From Perkinsela sp. CCAP 1560/9 (lineage: Eukaryota > Protista > Euglenozoa: Kinetoplastea), in the NCBI GenBank assembly GCA_965644495.1, contig CBFFSA010000003.1, forward strand, positions 1,116,001 through 1,180,000: a stretch of 64,000 bases of DNA, read 5' to 3'. The stretch's first letter is position 1. Every line of letters starts with the position of its first letter. The notes under the pieces are model-generated. The model did no database searches. It saw only the letters and a list, made by a program, of their open reading frames with translations, and had not been told where the DNA came from. Shown in pieces: positions 41,701 to 50,843 of the stretch. The position numbers and the translations under genes are program-made.

Positions 41701-42607
41701 TACCACTTATTTGAATCGAGAACGTCACACTTGGACGAGATTTCGCTATGTTTAAAGCAAAGTCTATGACTGTACGCCACTCATTTCTACCTGTGCCATG
41801 AACTAAAAGTGATAAATTGAGTGAGCATGCTGGGTCTGTTTTTTCCAACAAGGCTATCACTCCTTCGGAAAGGTATGGTGAATCGTAGCGCAGCACGTGA
41901 CGCAATAAATCTTTTGATCCCTCATGTGGGCGTACTTTCTGCATGCCAAAGTCATCTAGTGTCCGCTGATGAGATTTAGCCTGCAGTAATATGCCAAGGC
42001 TTTCGGCAGATACTGTTGTGTCAGTACGAATTTTGCGACATAATGACTTCAGTTGTTCATCTGTATCCTTGTTTAGTGCTTTCGTAATAGCGCTCATAAT
42101 AGATGTCTTCGAAGCAAAACGATCGGCACGTACGCCAATATTAGCTCGGGTTGTTTGGTACCAAGGAGGACCTTTTTCGCAAACTAGAATATTTTCAACA
42201 TCAATATTTAAGGCTTTGAAAAGTACGTATTTCTGACGAAGAATGCGCAGCCGTCGTCTTGAGATAGCACGACATGGCCCATTTTGAGTCACTGAAACAA
42301 GTTGTAGCAAATGTTCATGAAAATTTTCGAATGTTTCAGCTACGATGGGATCATCAGTCAAGTTTGATGCGGTATAGGATTTTGATCTGTGTGCCACGCC
42401 GAAGCATAGTTTACTGGCTAGTTTTTTTGCCATGTGAAGAAGATTTAGACGCGAAGTGCGCCGTGCATCGTACGCTTCACTAATAAGTTGACGATGTTCC
42501 AAAGGAATGCCTCTTGTAAGCTCCACGTCTCCTGGTATCGAGATTGAAGTGTACGGATACGCTGAAGCATTCCGTTGTGCGCGATTAAGTGTTCCGTATT
42601 CTGTCAT
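38732..42607 (-). CDS. AMPD: AMP deaminase with an extra degenerate N-terminal AMPD domain
   Basis: The C-terminal domain has KVDTHCH, FNSKYNP, RPHCGE and SLSTDDPLQF. The N-terminal copy has SLCTEDPLQ...LLEEY. Confidence 0.93.
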   Translation of the reverse strand: MTEYGTLNRAQRNASAYPYTSISIPGDVELTRGIPLEHRQLISEAYDARRTSRLNLLHMAKKLASKLCFGVAHRSKSYTASNLTDDPIVAETFENFHEHLLQLVSVTQNGPCRAISRRRLRILRQKYVLFKALNIDVENILVCEKGPPWYQTTRANIGVRADRFASKTSIMSAITKALNKDTDEQLKSLCRKIRTDTTVSAESLGILLQAKSHQRTLDDFGMQKVRPHEGSKDLLRHVLRYDSPYLSEGVIALLEKTDPACSLNLSLLVHGTGRNEWRTVIDFALNIAKSRPSVTFSIQISGKVPMEVDNFHSQLQNIFEPFFESYGGNPEWDWALPVLDKVVSFSVSGTSGGHLHTFRRPRKYLAGSIVAPPVLLFYMSVHLEALKAYKATTSSDVQLHRCTSSPQLWFSCEENVDVWLLATSYLLCDQVAHATTLTKHPLLCYLFYLHQIYLTLSLRGRHSNAEPVMEYLLSAGLQLSLCTEDPLQRYNHIDALLEEYDAARNTGRVNSIDVFEMCNAGIRMLNHLSEHCNMNSTHPKADCENYIALDEILYGRDEFRKACLFHEHFLLRTNQLTECQDAQSVPEPSSSKPAAITGDTRSECFEETKRVLDTNARPFIRVHVSPRQSVARHDLSRQVSKETRSSQACAPSLYKLLRHALDLRKKYFSFQCEKQDSLSETLSFSPVARLSLSGLRSKNHASMEGADAKISVFNSSNSVRYVQGIWTCTFLHHLPFVSEYYDDFSRIQNILDNPSLQNLCRRRLNVLLSKFELHEALNAELEKEKGIKETRQDHRDLYHTIKVDTHCHMAAGMTAKELLDYVKEQFTNHGDDIVLDDRTTSLAELQQQLQVQDVESLTVDALDVQADRSVWERFDTFNSKYNPLGLPALRKLFLKTDNAVGGRYIAEIIKRVFRKNLKNQFSYTELRVSIYGRKRDEWSKLAHWFMSHGMSSKSNRFLIQIPRIYQEYRKAQEVTSFAELLENIFLPLWEVSIDVSSDPDLHNFLQHISGFDSVDNESVLDYTPGKSREAIRIFPHQWTRENNPPYWYWMYYLWANLQSLNAYREQKGLGTFSFRPHCGESGSSNHLIDGFLLATGINHGINLRSNAPLQYLFYLAQIPIAVSPLSNNSICLRYTKNPFPYFFKRGLAVSLSTDDPLQFHHTSQPLIEEYSIAAKIFKLSATDMCELARYSVLHCGFSHEQKEKWLGSDYYLSSCRGNQVGSSHVPGVRVAFRFETYHDELRYIEGLKSDSEQDLEVASISHLPRAMMTLAEETEHVARQQNNDKGPQSKL

Positions 42608-42865
42608 CGAATTTTATATACAAAAGACACGATTTATAGCAAGAGAGTACAGTAAGCAATCAGAGTAGTTATAAATTAATATCGCGTGTTTTTAATATTT
42701 TAGTAAACACTTCGCACACAAAATTAATAGTCTATATAAGTCAGTTGGTTTGTGATATGAAATGCATAGATCGCCTGAACTGCTTCAGATCAGCATCTCG
42801 CAACTGATTGTTACGAAAGTTTTCCTAAGAATTTGATTTATATAGAAAATATTGTTACAATTCCC

Positions 42866-43552
42866 TTACATGAAATCATCGAGGTCTGTCTGACGTGTAA
42901 CCTCCGAAGAATACGGATTTGCATCGGAGTATGTCACTTCACTCTTACATGACTTTTCATTACGCGGCATAACAGCTTCCGATTGGCAATCCGATAGCTT
43001 AGTCGCCTCATTGTCTGTGTAAAGCATCATTTTTCTCTCCAGTAATTGCTTCTTTAGAGCGAAAATCACGGGGGAAGATGTATTTACTGCTTGTTCCCCA
43101 TCCAACCCGGCCACTGTGACTGTTTTTATATAAGAAATCAAAAAAGCAGAAAAGTGTTTCTTAGAGGTTTCCCGAGACCGGCAAACTAGTGAAACTATAT
43201 TTTGGTGTAATCGCGCATGTTCCTCTTCAGTCCTGGGCACAATTTCGTGCAAAAGAACAACGTTTTTCTGTGAGAGAGATTGCATATCCGTCCACTTTTC
43301 AGCTAATGCTCTGCGAAGCGCTTGGGTATCCTCGCTCGCTTCCTCTGCGGAGCTCTCCTGCATAAGATCTTGGACGAGAGATGCCATTGCTCTGCTTTTT
43401 TCTTTTGCTTTCTTTTCTGCCAAATGCTTTTTTGTAAGAGAACGGTCTTCATCCTTTGATGTGGGTTCTTCGTCAAAATTCAAAAGCTCTGTCCAGTCAC
43501 TGACAAGTGTGTTACCTTCAGCAAGCTCTTCGTCATAGTAGTATGTATCCAT
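42866..43552 (-). CDS. Probable translation initiation factor eIF3j (Hcr1)
   Basis: Acidic N-terminus with a DW motif, a Lys/Glu-rich helix and C-terminal DDFM, as in eIF3j. Confidence 0.6.
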   Translation of the reverse strand: MDTYYYDEELAEGNTLVSDWTELLNFDEEPTSKDEDRSLTKKHLAEKKAKEKSRAMASLVQDLMQESSAEEASEDTQALRRALAEKWTDMQSLSQKNVVLLHEIVPRTEEEHARLHQNIVSLVCRSRETSKKHFSAFLISYIKTVTVAGLDGEQAVNTSSPVIFALKKQLLERKMMLYTDNEATKLSDCQSEAVMPRNEKSCKSEVTYSDANPYSSEVTRQTDLDDFM

Positions 43553-44234
43553 CTCGTAAAATATATTATATTATTTTCGTAATATTCTATATTCTGCAAG
43601 TTAAAGCAACATTTTCCCACAAAAAACTATAAAAGCATCTTTTTGAAAACACACCTAGCTATTTACAACGCTCAAAGATTCATACCTCAAAATAGATATC
43701 ACGCTCCGTAGCTCGATATCATGGTCTTAGTTCCTGTACATTACCTTAGTTCATCTTTCTTTCCCCGGCAACAGGCACACTCTAACGATTGGAGTGAAGA
43801 CTCCCGGGACCTTTCCGAAGAGACTAGGCGGTCGCGGTTGCCTCCATCGAGGACCGTGTCCTTAGCTGCCCGCGAGATCGGGTTCTCTGCATCTGGCGGT
43901 CGCCCAGCTCTCTGTACATCGGCTCTGTCACAGCTCTCCGTACCCGGATTACCTCCGAGACTGTAATACGGGATTATGGTTTATAACAAGTTCTAGGGTC
44001 ACGAATTTCTGGAGGGTCTAAATATTGTACCGTGAGAGTTCTTGAGTAACTCCTTCGGCACTCAATATATCTCGAAATTCTAAGATATCAAAATAAGGCT
44101 CAACATTGAATTCGAAGGGACTTACTTCCCGGATAGCAAAGCGGATAGCAAAACCTCGATCATCAGCGCCCGAATACTATCACAAGGAGCCGAAGTATCT
44201 ATCGTCAAACTCTTCTGAAGACGTGAGACCAGTG

Positions 44235-46289
44235 TCAAAATTCTGGAAAGCACGTCTCAACGTATTTCTGTGGAAGCGTTAGGTAAACATATAGAGTACG
44301 TCCGTGATTCACATATTCTATTCTAAAATATTCTGGTCGATCAAGAATGAATTTATTGATGTTACCGTATAGCGACCGGATGGCTTCACGAGCCGCAGTC
44401 GTCCATCGATTCAAAAGGCCTTTTACGCATGCGCCCTGTTTGGGTATCGAGCGATACAACAAGCGCACAAACAGTCGTTCATTGTACATTGTCGAATCAA
44501 AGTCAATGTCTTGACTGGTCGCCCCGCTAGCACGCTGAATACGGAGTACCCCAGGCCTACCTTCGGATACCGAAATATATTTAGACATGGATGATATTGT
44601 TCTCATGCAACGCAAGGGGGCGATAACTTGAGCTTCTTCGGGAAGCTTGCGAACAATAGATCGAAGATCAGACCACCCGGTCTCTGGACAAAGGTCTCTA
44701 AGCGCCTTACCTAGAATGTCTGGATTAGCGTATGTACCTCTCCCGTGAAAAAGAAGCGATTTTTTTTGACCAATAGTTACCTGCTGCACGCATCCGTCGA
44801 GCAGTTCAACGCGAGGGTCCGCTCTTCGCGTTCTTTGTACGGTTTTTGAGGAACCATCCAGCGAAAAGTGCTCATCGTACTTCCTCAAAAATTTTACGAG
44901 AACATCCTGCGAAACAGGTTCGTCAAAACAGTTTTCAAAAATTGTTTCGGGTATCTCCTCTTGTATTTCATCAGTTGTAACAGCAGTTTTCTGTTTCACG
45001 GCGAATAAATCATAAATGGCAGCGCGGAGGAGAGCCTCACGATCCTTCAATGTTTCGTCATTACGATAAAGCTTGTCGGCATCCCCTTTTCCCTCATTGC
45101 GTAGGAGTGGGCTTAGAAATACCAGACCCGCACGCGAGGTAGAGGGAGTTTGTATGACGTCACGGGAGAGCACTGTGTGACGTATGTGACGAAAAAAATC
45201 GTACTGATTTATTTTGTAGCCTGCGATGCTTTCACAAACCCCCTCTGGCATTTGAACACTCCATGTTACAATGGGATATGTAGGAATGTACTTCACCAAT
45301 TGGTTAATTGATGGATCTCGCAGCACTTTTTTGGGACTATCGCGGACGGTCGGGTTCTCATGCTTCTTTTTCAATAATTCCTGGTCCTGTCGCCTCGCCT
45401 CATGTAGTACGTCCCACAAGACCCGTGGGATGGGAATGCCATGGTCATCCAGTTCGACGTTTTCCGCCTCGCACGGGGAGGTCAAATCTATAGGAGTGCG
45501 TCGACCTCTAGGTTTAGGGACATCGGCGTCTTCATCTTCAGGATCATCTGGGAAATCTAGATCGTTTTGGGGCTGTACAGGTAGCATACAGGAGTCCTCT
45601 ACAGATTTCTCCCGACGTCGTACTACGTGACACTTGTCGTTGGAAAGCATTATTCGAGGATGTTCATTACGCATCAAGACATTCCCTAACCCGCCAAGAG
45701 AGCGGCAATCCTTTTTTTCATCGTCAGTTAGTACCTGATAAAGATCTTTTATGGATAAGAAATTATCGTCCGGAATATGGGGCAGCAAAGTGTCCCAAAA
45801 AGCTTCTGAAACAGCTTCTGATTTTGTTTTATGAAACGCCTTTGTCCGTGTTGCACTATTCTTTTCTATCGCCTTCATTGAACACAAGCGAGATATAACA
45901 GGTTCTTTGGTACACGAACGTTTTACTTTGAAAACCCCATCTGTATCACGAAAAACATCAAAAGATGTCGAATTCGTATACAAGTATGACAAGAGACTAC
46001 CTTGCATATCCGCAATAAGCACAAGAATATAATCGGGCAGGGCTGAAGCAAGGAGACGAACCGGCATAATCTGATTCTGGGGCAAATAATCAAGAACACT
46101 TAGCAGAAGTTCTTCTTGTGTACAACGATGTCGGGCGCTTCGCATAGTGGTGGTAGACTGTAATCTGCGCTGCTCTGGGCGCTTCAATGCATTTAGTGTC
46201 TGAAAAAAAATCTGGCTTCGTGAGACAAGTACTCGGTTTCTGTTCCACCCTCTTTTATAGAACACGAAGCTAGTGCGCAACAGCAACAT
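44235..46289 (-). CDS. Putative mitochondrial protein with repeated winged-helix (OST-HTH/LOTUS-like) modules
   Basis: Repeats such as GSLLSYLYTNSTSFDV, KFLRKYDEHFSL and YGNINKFILDRPEYFRI, plus an Arg-rich N-terminus. First ATG at 46289; the track uses a GTG at 46346. Confidence 0.5.
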   Translation of the reverse strand: MLLLRTSFVFYKRGWNRNRVLVSRSQIFFQTLNALKRPEQRRLQSTTTMRSARHRCTQEELLLSVLDYLPQNQIMPVRLLASALPDYILVLIADMQGSLLSYLYTNSTSFDVFRDTDGVFKVKRSCTKEPVISRLCSMKAIEKNSATRTKAFHKTKSEAVSEAFWDTLLPHIPDDNFLSIKDLYQVLTDDEKKDCRSLGGLGNVLMRNEHPRIMLSNDKCHVVRRREKSVEDSCMLPVQPQNDLDFPDDPEDEDADVPKPRGRRTPIDLTSPCEAENVELDDHGIPIPRVLWDVLHEARRQDQELLKKKHENPTVRDSPKKVLRDPSINQLVKYIPTYPIVTWSVQMPEGVCESIAGYKINQYDFFRHIRHTVLSRDVIQTPSTSRAGLVFLSPLLRNEGKGDADKLYRNDETLKDREALLRAAIYDLFAVKQKTAVTTDEIQEEIPETIFENCFDEPVSQDVLVKFLRKYDEHFSLDGSSKTVQRTRRADPRVELLDGCVQQVTIGQKKSLLFHGRGTYANPDILGKALRDLCPETGWSDLRSIVRKLPEEAQVIAPLRCMRTISSMSKYISVSEGRPGVLRIQRASGATSQDIDFDSTMYNERLFVRLLYRSIPKQGACVKGLLNRWTTAAREAIRSLYGNINKFILDRPEYFRIEYVNHGRTLYVYLTLPQKYVETCFPEF

Positions 46290-46921
46290 CCTAATGAAAA
46301 ATAAGACGAAACATAAGAGAACTACAAGTAAGGTTTTACCGTACACCGCGCAATAATATACCCCAGAATAGGAAGAGTTGACCTGACCCCCAATAAGATG
46401 TGTTAAAGCAAAGTGTTCTACAGGCTACGTGAAATACAGATTGGAAAAGATTTTTGGTGTGTAGAAGGTAGTTGCGAAAGCATCTTATCATGTTCTCACG
46501 CAAGATCCGAAAATATTCTGGACATACTTGAGGTTGAGGAAACATTATCGCCGCAAAGGATTCCCGGGAATAGCTATAGTTCATCAATTATCCACCTTAT
46601 TGAATGGATAATCGAATCATTCGCTCCACGTTTGTTTTGGCTCCACGATAAAACAGCGGGATTTTCTTTCTCCGTTTCCTTTCCAGTTCTGCTACTTGAA
46701 TAGTACTTCCAGGGGACGTGAAACCTCGCACTTACGGTCTCGTCCTGCTGAAAGCTCTACAGAAATCCTCTCTACTGCGCTCACCAAGACAAACCCTTTT
46801 GTTGAACATTTGAATGGATAGTGACAGCTTAAAATAAGCTCCACTAAACTAGTGAGCTTCTTAACAACTAGATTCAATTATAATCTTGGTATATCAAGCT
46901 AATCCAGTAATTTTTTTCTTT

Positions 46922-47962
46922 TTAAGACTCCGTACTAGACGCCGTTGTCATCGGAACGAGGTGCACCACGGAAGCCCTTTTAAGAACCACGGCAAATTTT
47001 AATTCCGGATACTTATTGCCTTCGCCCATACTTGCTGTGTGAATCGTTTCCTCATTTCGAAGCCACGTCACACAGCCATCCTGATAGTTCACCGAAACAG
47101 TGATGTGATCCCCATCCGTAAACGACTCCGCGGTTTCGATTTTCCGATGGCTCTCAAAATTCGCATACAACACCCCACTCATGTAGTACACTGCACACTG
47201 CGACAGCTGGTGAAACTCCGTACCTTGATCCACAAACAACCGCGACACCACCCCAATCCCGACATAGTCCGCTCGTTCCACATGAAACTCCTGCGTGTGC
47301 GCTCCCTCTCTCATCCACCCCTCCCCACACAAGCTCACCATGTAACTTGACCTCACTCTTTTCTTGGATTCCTCCACCCCGGGGCCGGGTACGAAGGTCC
47401 ACTCCTCGACCGGGTGTAACCCGAGCAGCGGTTTCATACTCTCCAGTCCGTAGTAGTGCACATCACAGGAGAGCAGGGCGAGCTCCTCCGGGGGCACCAC
47501 CACGGGGTAGCCCCTTAAATAGTTAAGCACGTGACGAAACGCCCTCCCGTCGCGGTCAATAAAGTAGTGACCGTTCGGGTCGGTGGGGAGGAAGGCGTCG
47601 GGGTTGCGGAACGCGAGGGCGAGTAGGCTGCCGGGTTCTTTTTGGAGCGTAAGGGTTGTGGTACGGTAGCAGGTGCCGCCGACGTTGAGGGTAAGGAAGG
47701 GGGAGGAGGAGGAAGATTCCGGATGGGAGGGTGGAGGGAGGTCGGAAAGGGAAATTGCCGCGTTGGATGACGTTTCGGAGGTGTGGGAGTGTTGAGGAGT
47801 GGCGCCGCTGTTCGAGGAGGTAAGATTGAGGAGGTTGGAATCATTTTCGAGTTGTGTGGGGCAGGAGGAGGAGGAGTCCTTGTGATGCGGTATGGGTATG
47901 GTGTCGTGCGGAGTATGGGACGAGGGTTTTACCATGCGTTCTCCCCGAATTCGCTTTCCCAT
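46922..47962 (-). CDS. KCTD-type BTB/POZ (T1) domain protein with C-terminal SPRY-like domain
   Basis: LNVGG...TTTLTL...GSLL...YFIDRDGRAFRHVLNYLR, and SPRY-like YVGIGV...FTDGDHITVSVN. Confidence 0.85.
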   Translation of the reverse strand: MGKRIRGERMVKPSSHTPHDTIPIPHHKDSSSSCPTQLENDSNLLNLTSSNSGATPQHSHTSETSSNAAISLSDLPPPSHPESSSSSPFLTLNVGGTCYRTTTLTLQKEPGSLLALAFRNPDAFLPTDPNGHYFIDRDGRAFRHVLNYLRGYPVVVPPEELALLSCDVHYYGLESMKPLLGLHPVEEWTFVPGPGVEESKKRVRSSYMVSLCGEGWMREGAHTQEFHVERADYVGIGVVSRLFVDQGTEFHQLSQCAVYYMSGVLYANFESHRKIETAESFTDGDHITVSVNYQDGCVTWLRNEETIHTASMGEGNKYPELKFAVVLKRASVVHLVPMTTASSTES

Positions 47963-48238
47963 GGAGACAATATACAAGTATTATAAAATATGTAGAGTAA
48001 AAGTTAAATCTGTATGAGTAAAGCTTTGCTTGGGGTTTATTCGGTGTGTTCTTCACAGCACCTATGGACCAAAAGTACACCGTTTAATAAAGGAGACTTT
48101 GGCTTACTGTAACCCCCCTGTTTTTACTTCACTTACCAGTTCCCGTTGTTTATGCTTCGTTTGTCAGAAATCCGGGCCGATAGCTTGACGAAATACAATC
48201 AGATAAACACTTTTTTACTAAGTGGAACAACCAAAATA

Positions 48239-48326
48239 TCAGTATAATAACGCTGTTTACTTATCATGGTGCACTCTTGCAGTGTGTATCTGAAGGTGTC
48301 CTAAGGTTCAGTGTATGTGTCATCAT
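48239..48326 (-). ncRNA. Box C/D snoRNA, U58-like guide (copy 1)
   Basis: Box C ATGATGA; 13-nt guide CCTTAGGACACCT before D' CAGA, complementary to LSU AGGUGUCCUAAGG; C'-like ATGATAA; box D CTGA. Confidence 0.85.
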
Positions 48327-48359
48327 AGTTGAAGGAAAATAGGAATGACGAATGTAATA

Positions 48360-48685
48360 CCGTATACCCCCAGTAAAGCATGTAGAATCAGTTTCGGGCC
48401 AAAGTGACCATATAATTATTTGGGCGAATGATCTTACGGGTGCACAATCTGACTCCTGACTTGGACATTCGCTTTGACTATGCGACTGTAAGTAAAATTC
48501 AAAAATTAGGAAAATGCGCCGCACGCAGTTTTCTTCTCGTTTTATGTGGTTGTTTCTGAAAATATCTTTTTTCTACCGGGGGGTCGCCCAACCACACTCA
48601 CCCCGCCCAGCAACCCTCACCCGTCCAGCCACCCCCGCCCGCTCATGTCTCCCGAATCAAATCCCTGTTACTGGGGGTATGTAGG
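48360..48685. mobile_element. Possible TA-flanked MITE between the snoRNA copies
   Basis: TA|CCGTATACCCCCAGTAA ... TTACTGGGGGTATGTAGG|TA, with a perfect 13-bp inverted core. Confidence 0.5.
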
Positions 48686-48739
48686 TAAAAAGGTTTACCT
48701 TTAATAAAACTTCTAAAGGTAAGGAAAGGACAACAAATA

Positions 48740-48827
48740 TCAGTATAATAACGCTGTTTACTTATCATGGTGCACTCTTGCAGTGTGTATCTGAAGGTGT
48801 CCTAAGGTTCAGTGTACGTGTCATCAT
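48740..48827 (-). ncRNA. Box C/D snoRNA, U58-like guide (copy 2)
   Basis: Differs from copy 1 at one position over 88 nt. The flanks diverge. Confidence 0.85.
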
Positions 48828-49072
48828 AATTGTACAAGAACGGGTAAGATGAATGCAATAAGCAACTCTCTTAGAAGGGTTTCGTTCACTATGAAGAAGT
48901 GTTTTATCAGACCACTAGATAAGAGTCCGTACAGTATACACTTAATACCCTTTGTATGCCTAACATTTGTATACTCTTAATAACGCATAAACCGTATGCC
49001 CTTAGAAATTATGCCACCAAAGTCTACCCTGTAGATTCGGGGGGAATGTTTTGTAATCCACAAAAAAGAATA

Positions 49073-49136
49073 TCAGCCATGATCAAAAAAGTCATCATAG
49101 TATGTTCAGCTGAAACACGGATGTGATAATCATCAG
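49073..49136 (-). ncRNA. Box C/D snoRNA guiding an LSU GAAACACGGA-region methylation
   Basis: TGATGA (C), guide TCCGTGTTTCA + G + CTGA (D'), ATGATGA (C'), CTGA (D). The guide is complementary to conserved LSU UGAAACACGGA. Confidence 0.82.
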
Positions 49137-49211
49137 GATGAACGAATTGTGTTGAACAGTTGGTTATACTGTACACTTACTATGACAAGTGTACGGTATA
49201 ATGAATTCTTC

Positions 49212-49316
49212 TTTTAGTCGCTTCGTTAAACGCGGTGGATGTTTTCAACTCAGAAGGCACTCATGCTGCGCGCTTCCCGTTGAAAACTATCTCCGCGTTT
49301 AACGAAGCGACTAAAA
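49212..49316. repeat. Long hairpin: ~38-bp stem (24 bp perfect), 29-nt loop
   Basis: TTTTAGTCGCTTCGTTAAACGCGG pairs with CCGCGTTTAACGAAGCGACTAAAA. Confidence 0.9.
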
Positions 49317-49919
49317 AAATATCGTGAAAAGATCATGAATAAACTATTCTTTTGGGGAGAAAATACTCGATTTTTAGGCCAAAGATGCGAAATTTTACCC
49401 CGAATTTGGGCCGTTTTTGAAGCCACACCAGTAGGGGTCGGAGGCGAATCCGACGGAAAAAACGCCATAGAATGGGAACTGAGATCCCAAACTCTCAAAA
49501 ATATGAGTGGCTGTGGATATCATCTCGCGTGATCTCGTATGATCTCATATTGGGCCTCACCCGCAGCCCCTCATATGTTTGAGGAGTCGATTTTGGAAAA
49601 TATATTATTTTTACTTTTTTTTGGTCAAAAACTTTTTTTTTGGGTGGTCCCAAAAATTTCGGAAATTTTGACCTTTTCGGATCCCTCCTGTGCGTACCAG
49701 GGGGGATCACCCCCAGGTGGGGGGTGGAAAATTATCGCCGCGGCATACTCTACCACTTCGCTGCGCCCGATTTTGAAAAGCGAAAAAAATTAAAAAACAT
49801 TCGCGACGTATGCCCCCTCCCCAGTAGTGCATCGCCTACAGGCTCACAGCGGAATTGCCCTTCTGGATGGCTCTCCTCAGTGTCATGCGAGCGAGCCAAA
49901 CAAAAACAAATTTTGTGTT

Positions 49920-50843
49920 TCAAAATTCTGTGGCTATAATCTCCCGTGTTCGCTTCAAATTGAAGAAAGTATAAGTCAGAATAAGATTCTCGACGTTGTT
50001 CATTAGAGGATCACGAAGAAAATCCTTGTGAATATAAAAGAAAACAGGCATTTCTACGAGTTCATGTGGTTTGAAACGCTGTTCCTCGAAACAGAAGCAT
50101 TGGATCTTGTTCAAGTAGCTAGTAACCTCAGGCGGCGAAATATTATACGTGGAGATTCCATGTAATGTGCGATTTGTCTTGTTATAGGCGGCGAAGAAAG
50201 CCAAACAAGGTTCGCCTACTAGAACGTTCATTGTCTTTTGCAGCGGGACAAACGCAATTGGCATTGAAAGGCCAGCATCTCCTTGGAAAAAAACTTTGAG
50301 AATTTTCTTTCGTTCTGGTGGTTTATCAATGGCCGTGAGCTTTGAATTAGAATCATTCTCTTCATCTTCCTCGCTTTGTACTCCACTTGAAAAAAATCGA
50401 GCATCGAACCCATGCCCGCCCTCACTACAGTAGATCCTATACAGCGGAACGAATAAAAATGTAAGCCCTAGGGAAAGAATCGCGACAGAAGCCAGACCGG
50501 AAAGAAAAGCAGATGTATTCGTCCGCTGTTCATCGTAATTGAAAGTCGAAGGACGCGTGAACCTGAGCTGTCGAGATTTTCCGACTGTCTCCTTTGCCTG
50601 ATCTGTAACTGCTTCTTTCGCTACAGGTACTTGGGCGGCTTTGCCTAATGAACGCTTTGTCTTGGACTTGGATGCTGCTGCAGACTCTACATTGGAGCTC
50701 CATCGACGCACACACAATACATAAGGACCATGATGAGGACTATTTCTTCGCAGTAAGTATGCCTTTAGAAATGGATGGATGTGCGATGACGAACAGACCG
50801 ATCGAGTGCATTTTTGTCGGTTAAATCGTGCAGAGACTTGCAT
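49920..50843 (-). CDS. COX11: Cytochrome c oxidase copper chaperone COX11
   Basis: VPLYRIYC and YLNKIQCFCFEEQ...MPVFFYI. Confidence 0.95.
   Translation of the reverse strand: MQVSARFNRQKCTRSVCSSSHIHPFLKAYLLRRNSPHHGPYVLCVRRWSSNVESAAASKSKTKRSLGKAAQVPVAKEAVTDQAKETVGKSRQLRFTRPSTFNYDEQRTNTSAFLSGLASVAILSLGLTFLFVPLYRIYCSEGGHGFDARFFSSGVQSEEDEENDSNSKLTAIDKPPERKKILKVFFQGDAGLSMPIAFVPLQKTMNVLVGEPCLAFFAAYNKTNRTLHGISTYNISPPEVTSYLNKIQCFCFEEQRFKPHELVEMPVFFYIHKDFLRDPLMNNVENLILTYTFFNLKRTREIIATEF

Noticed and set aside
42738-42809. Bulged hairpin resembling a single-hairpin H/ACA RNA
   Set aside because: The AGA box is too far from the pocket and no rRNA target was identified.
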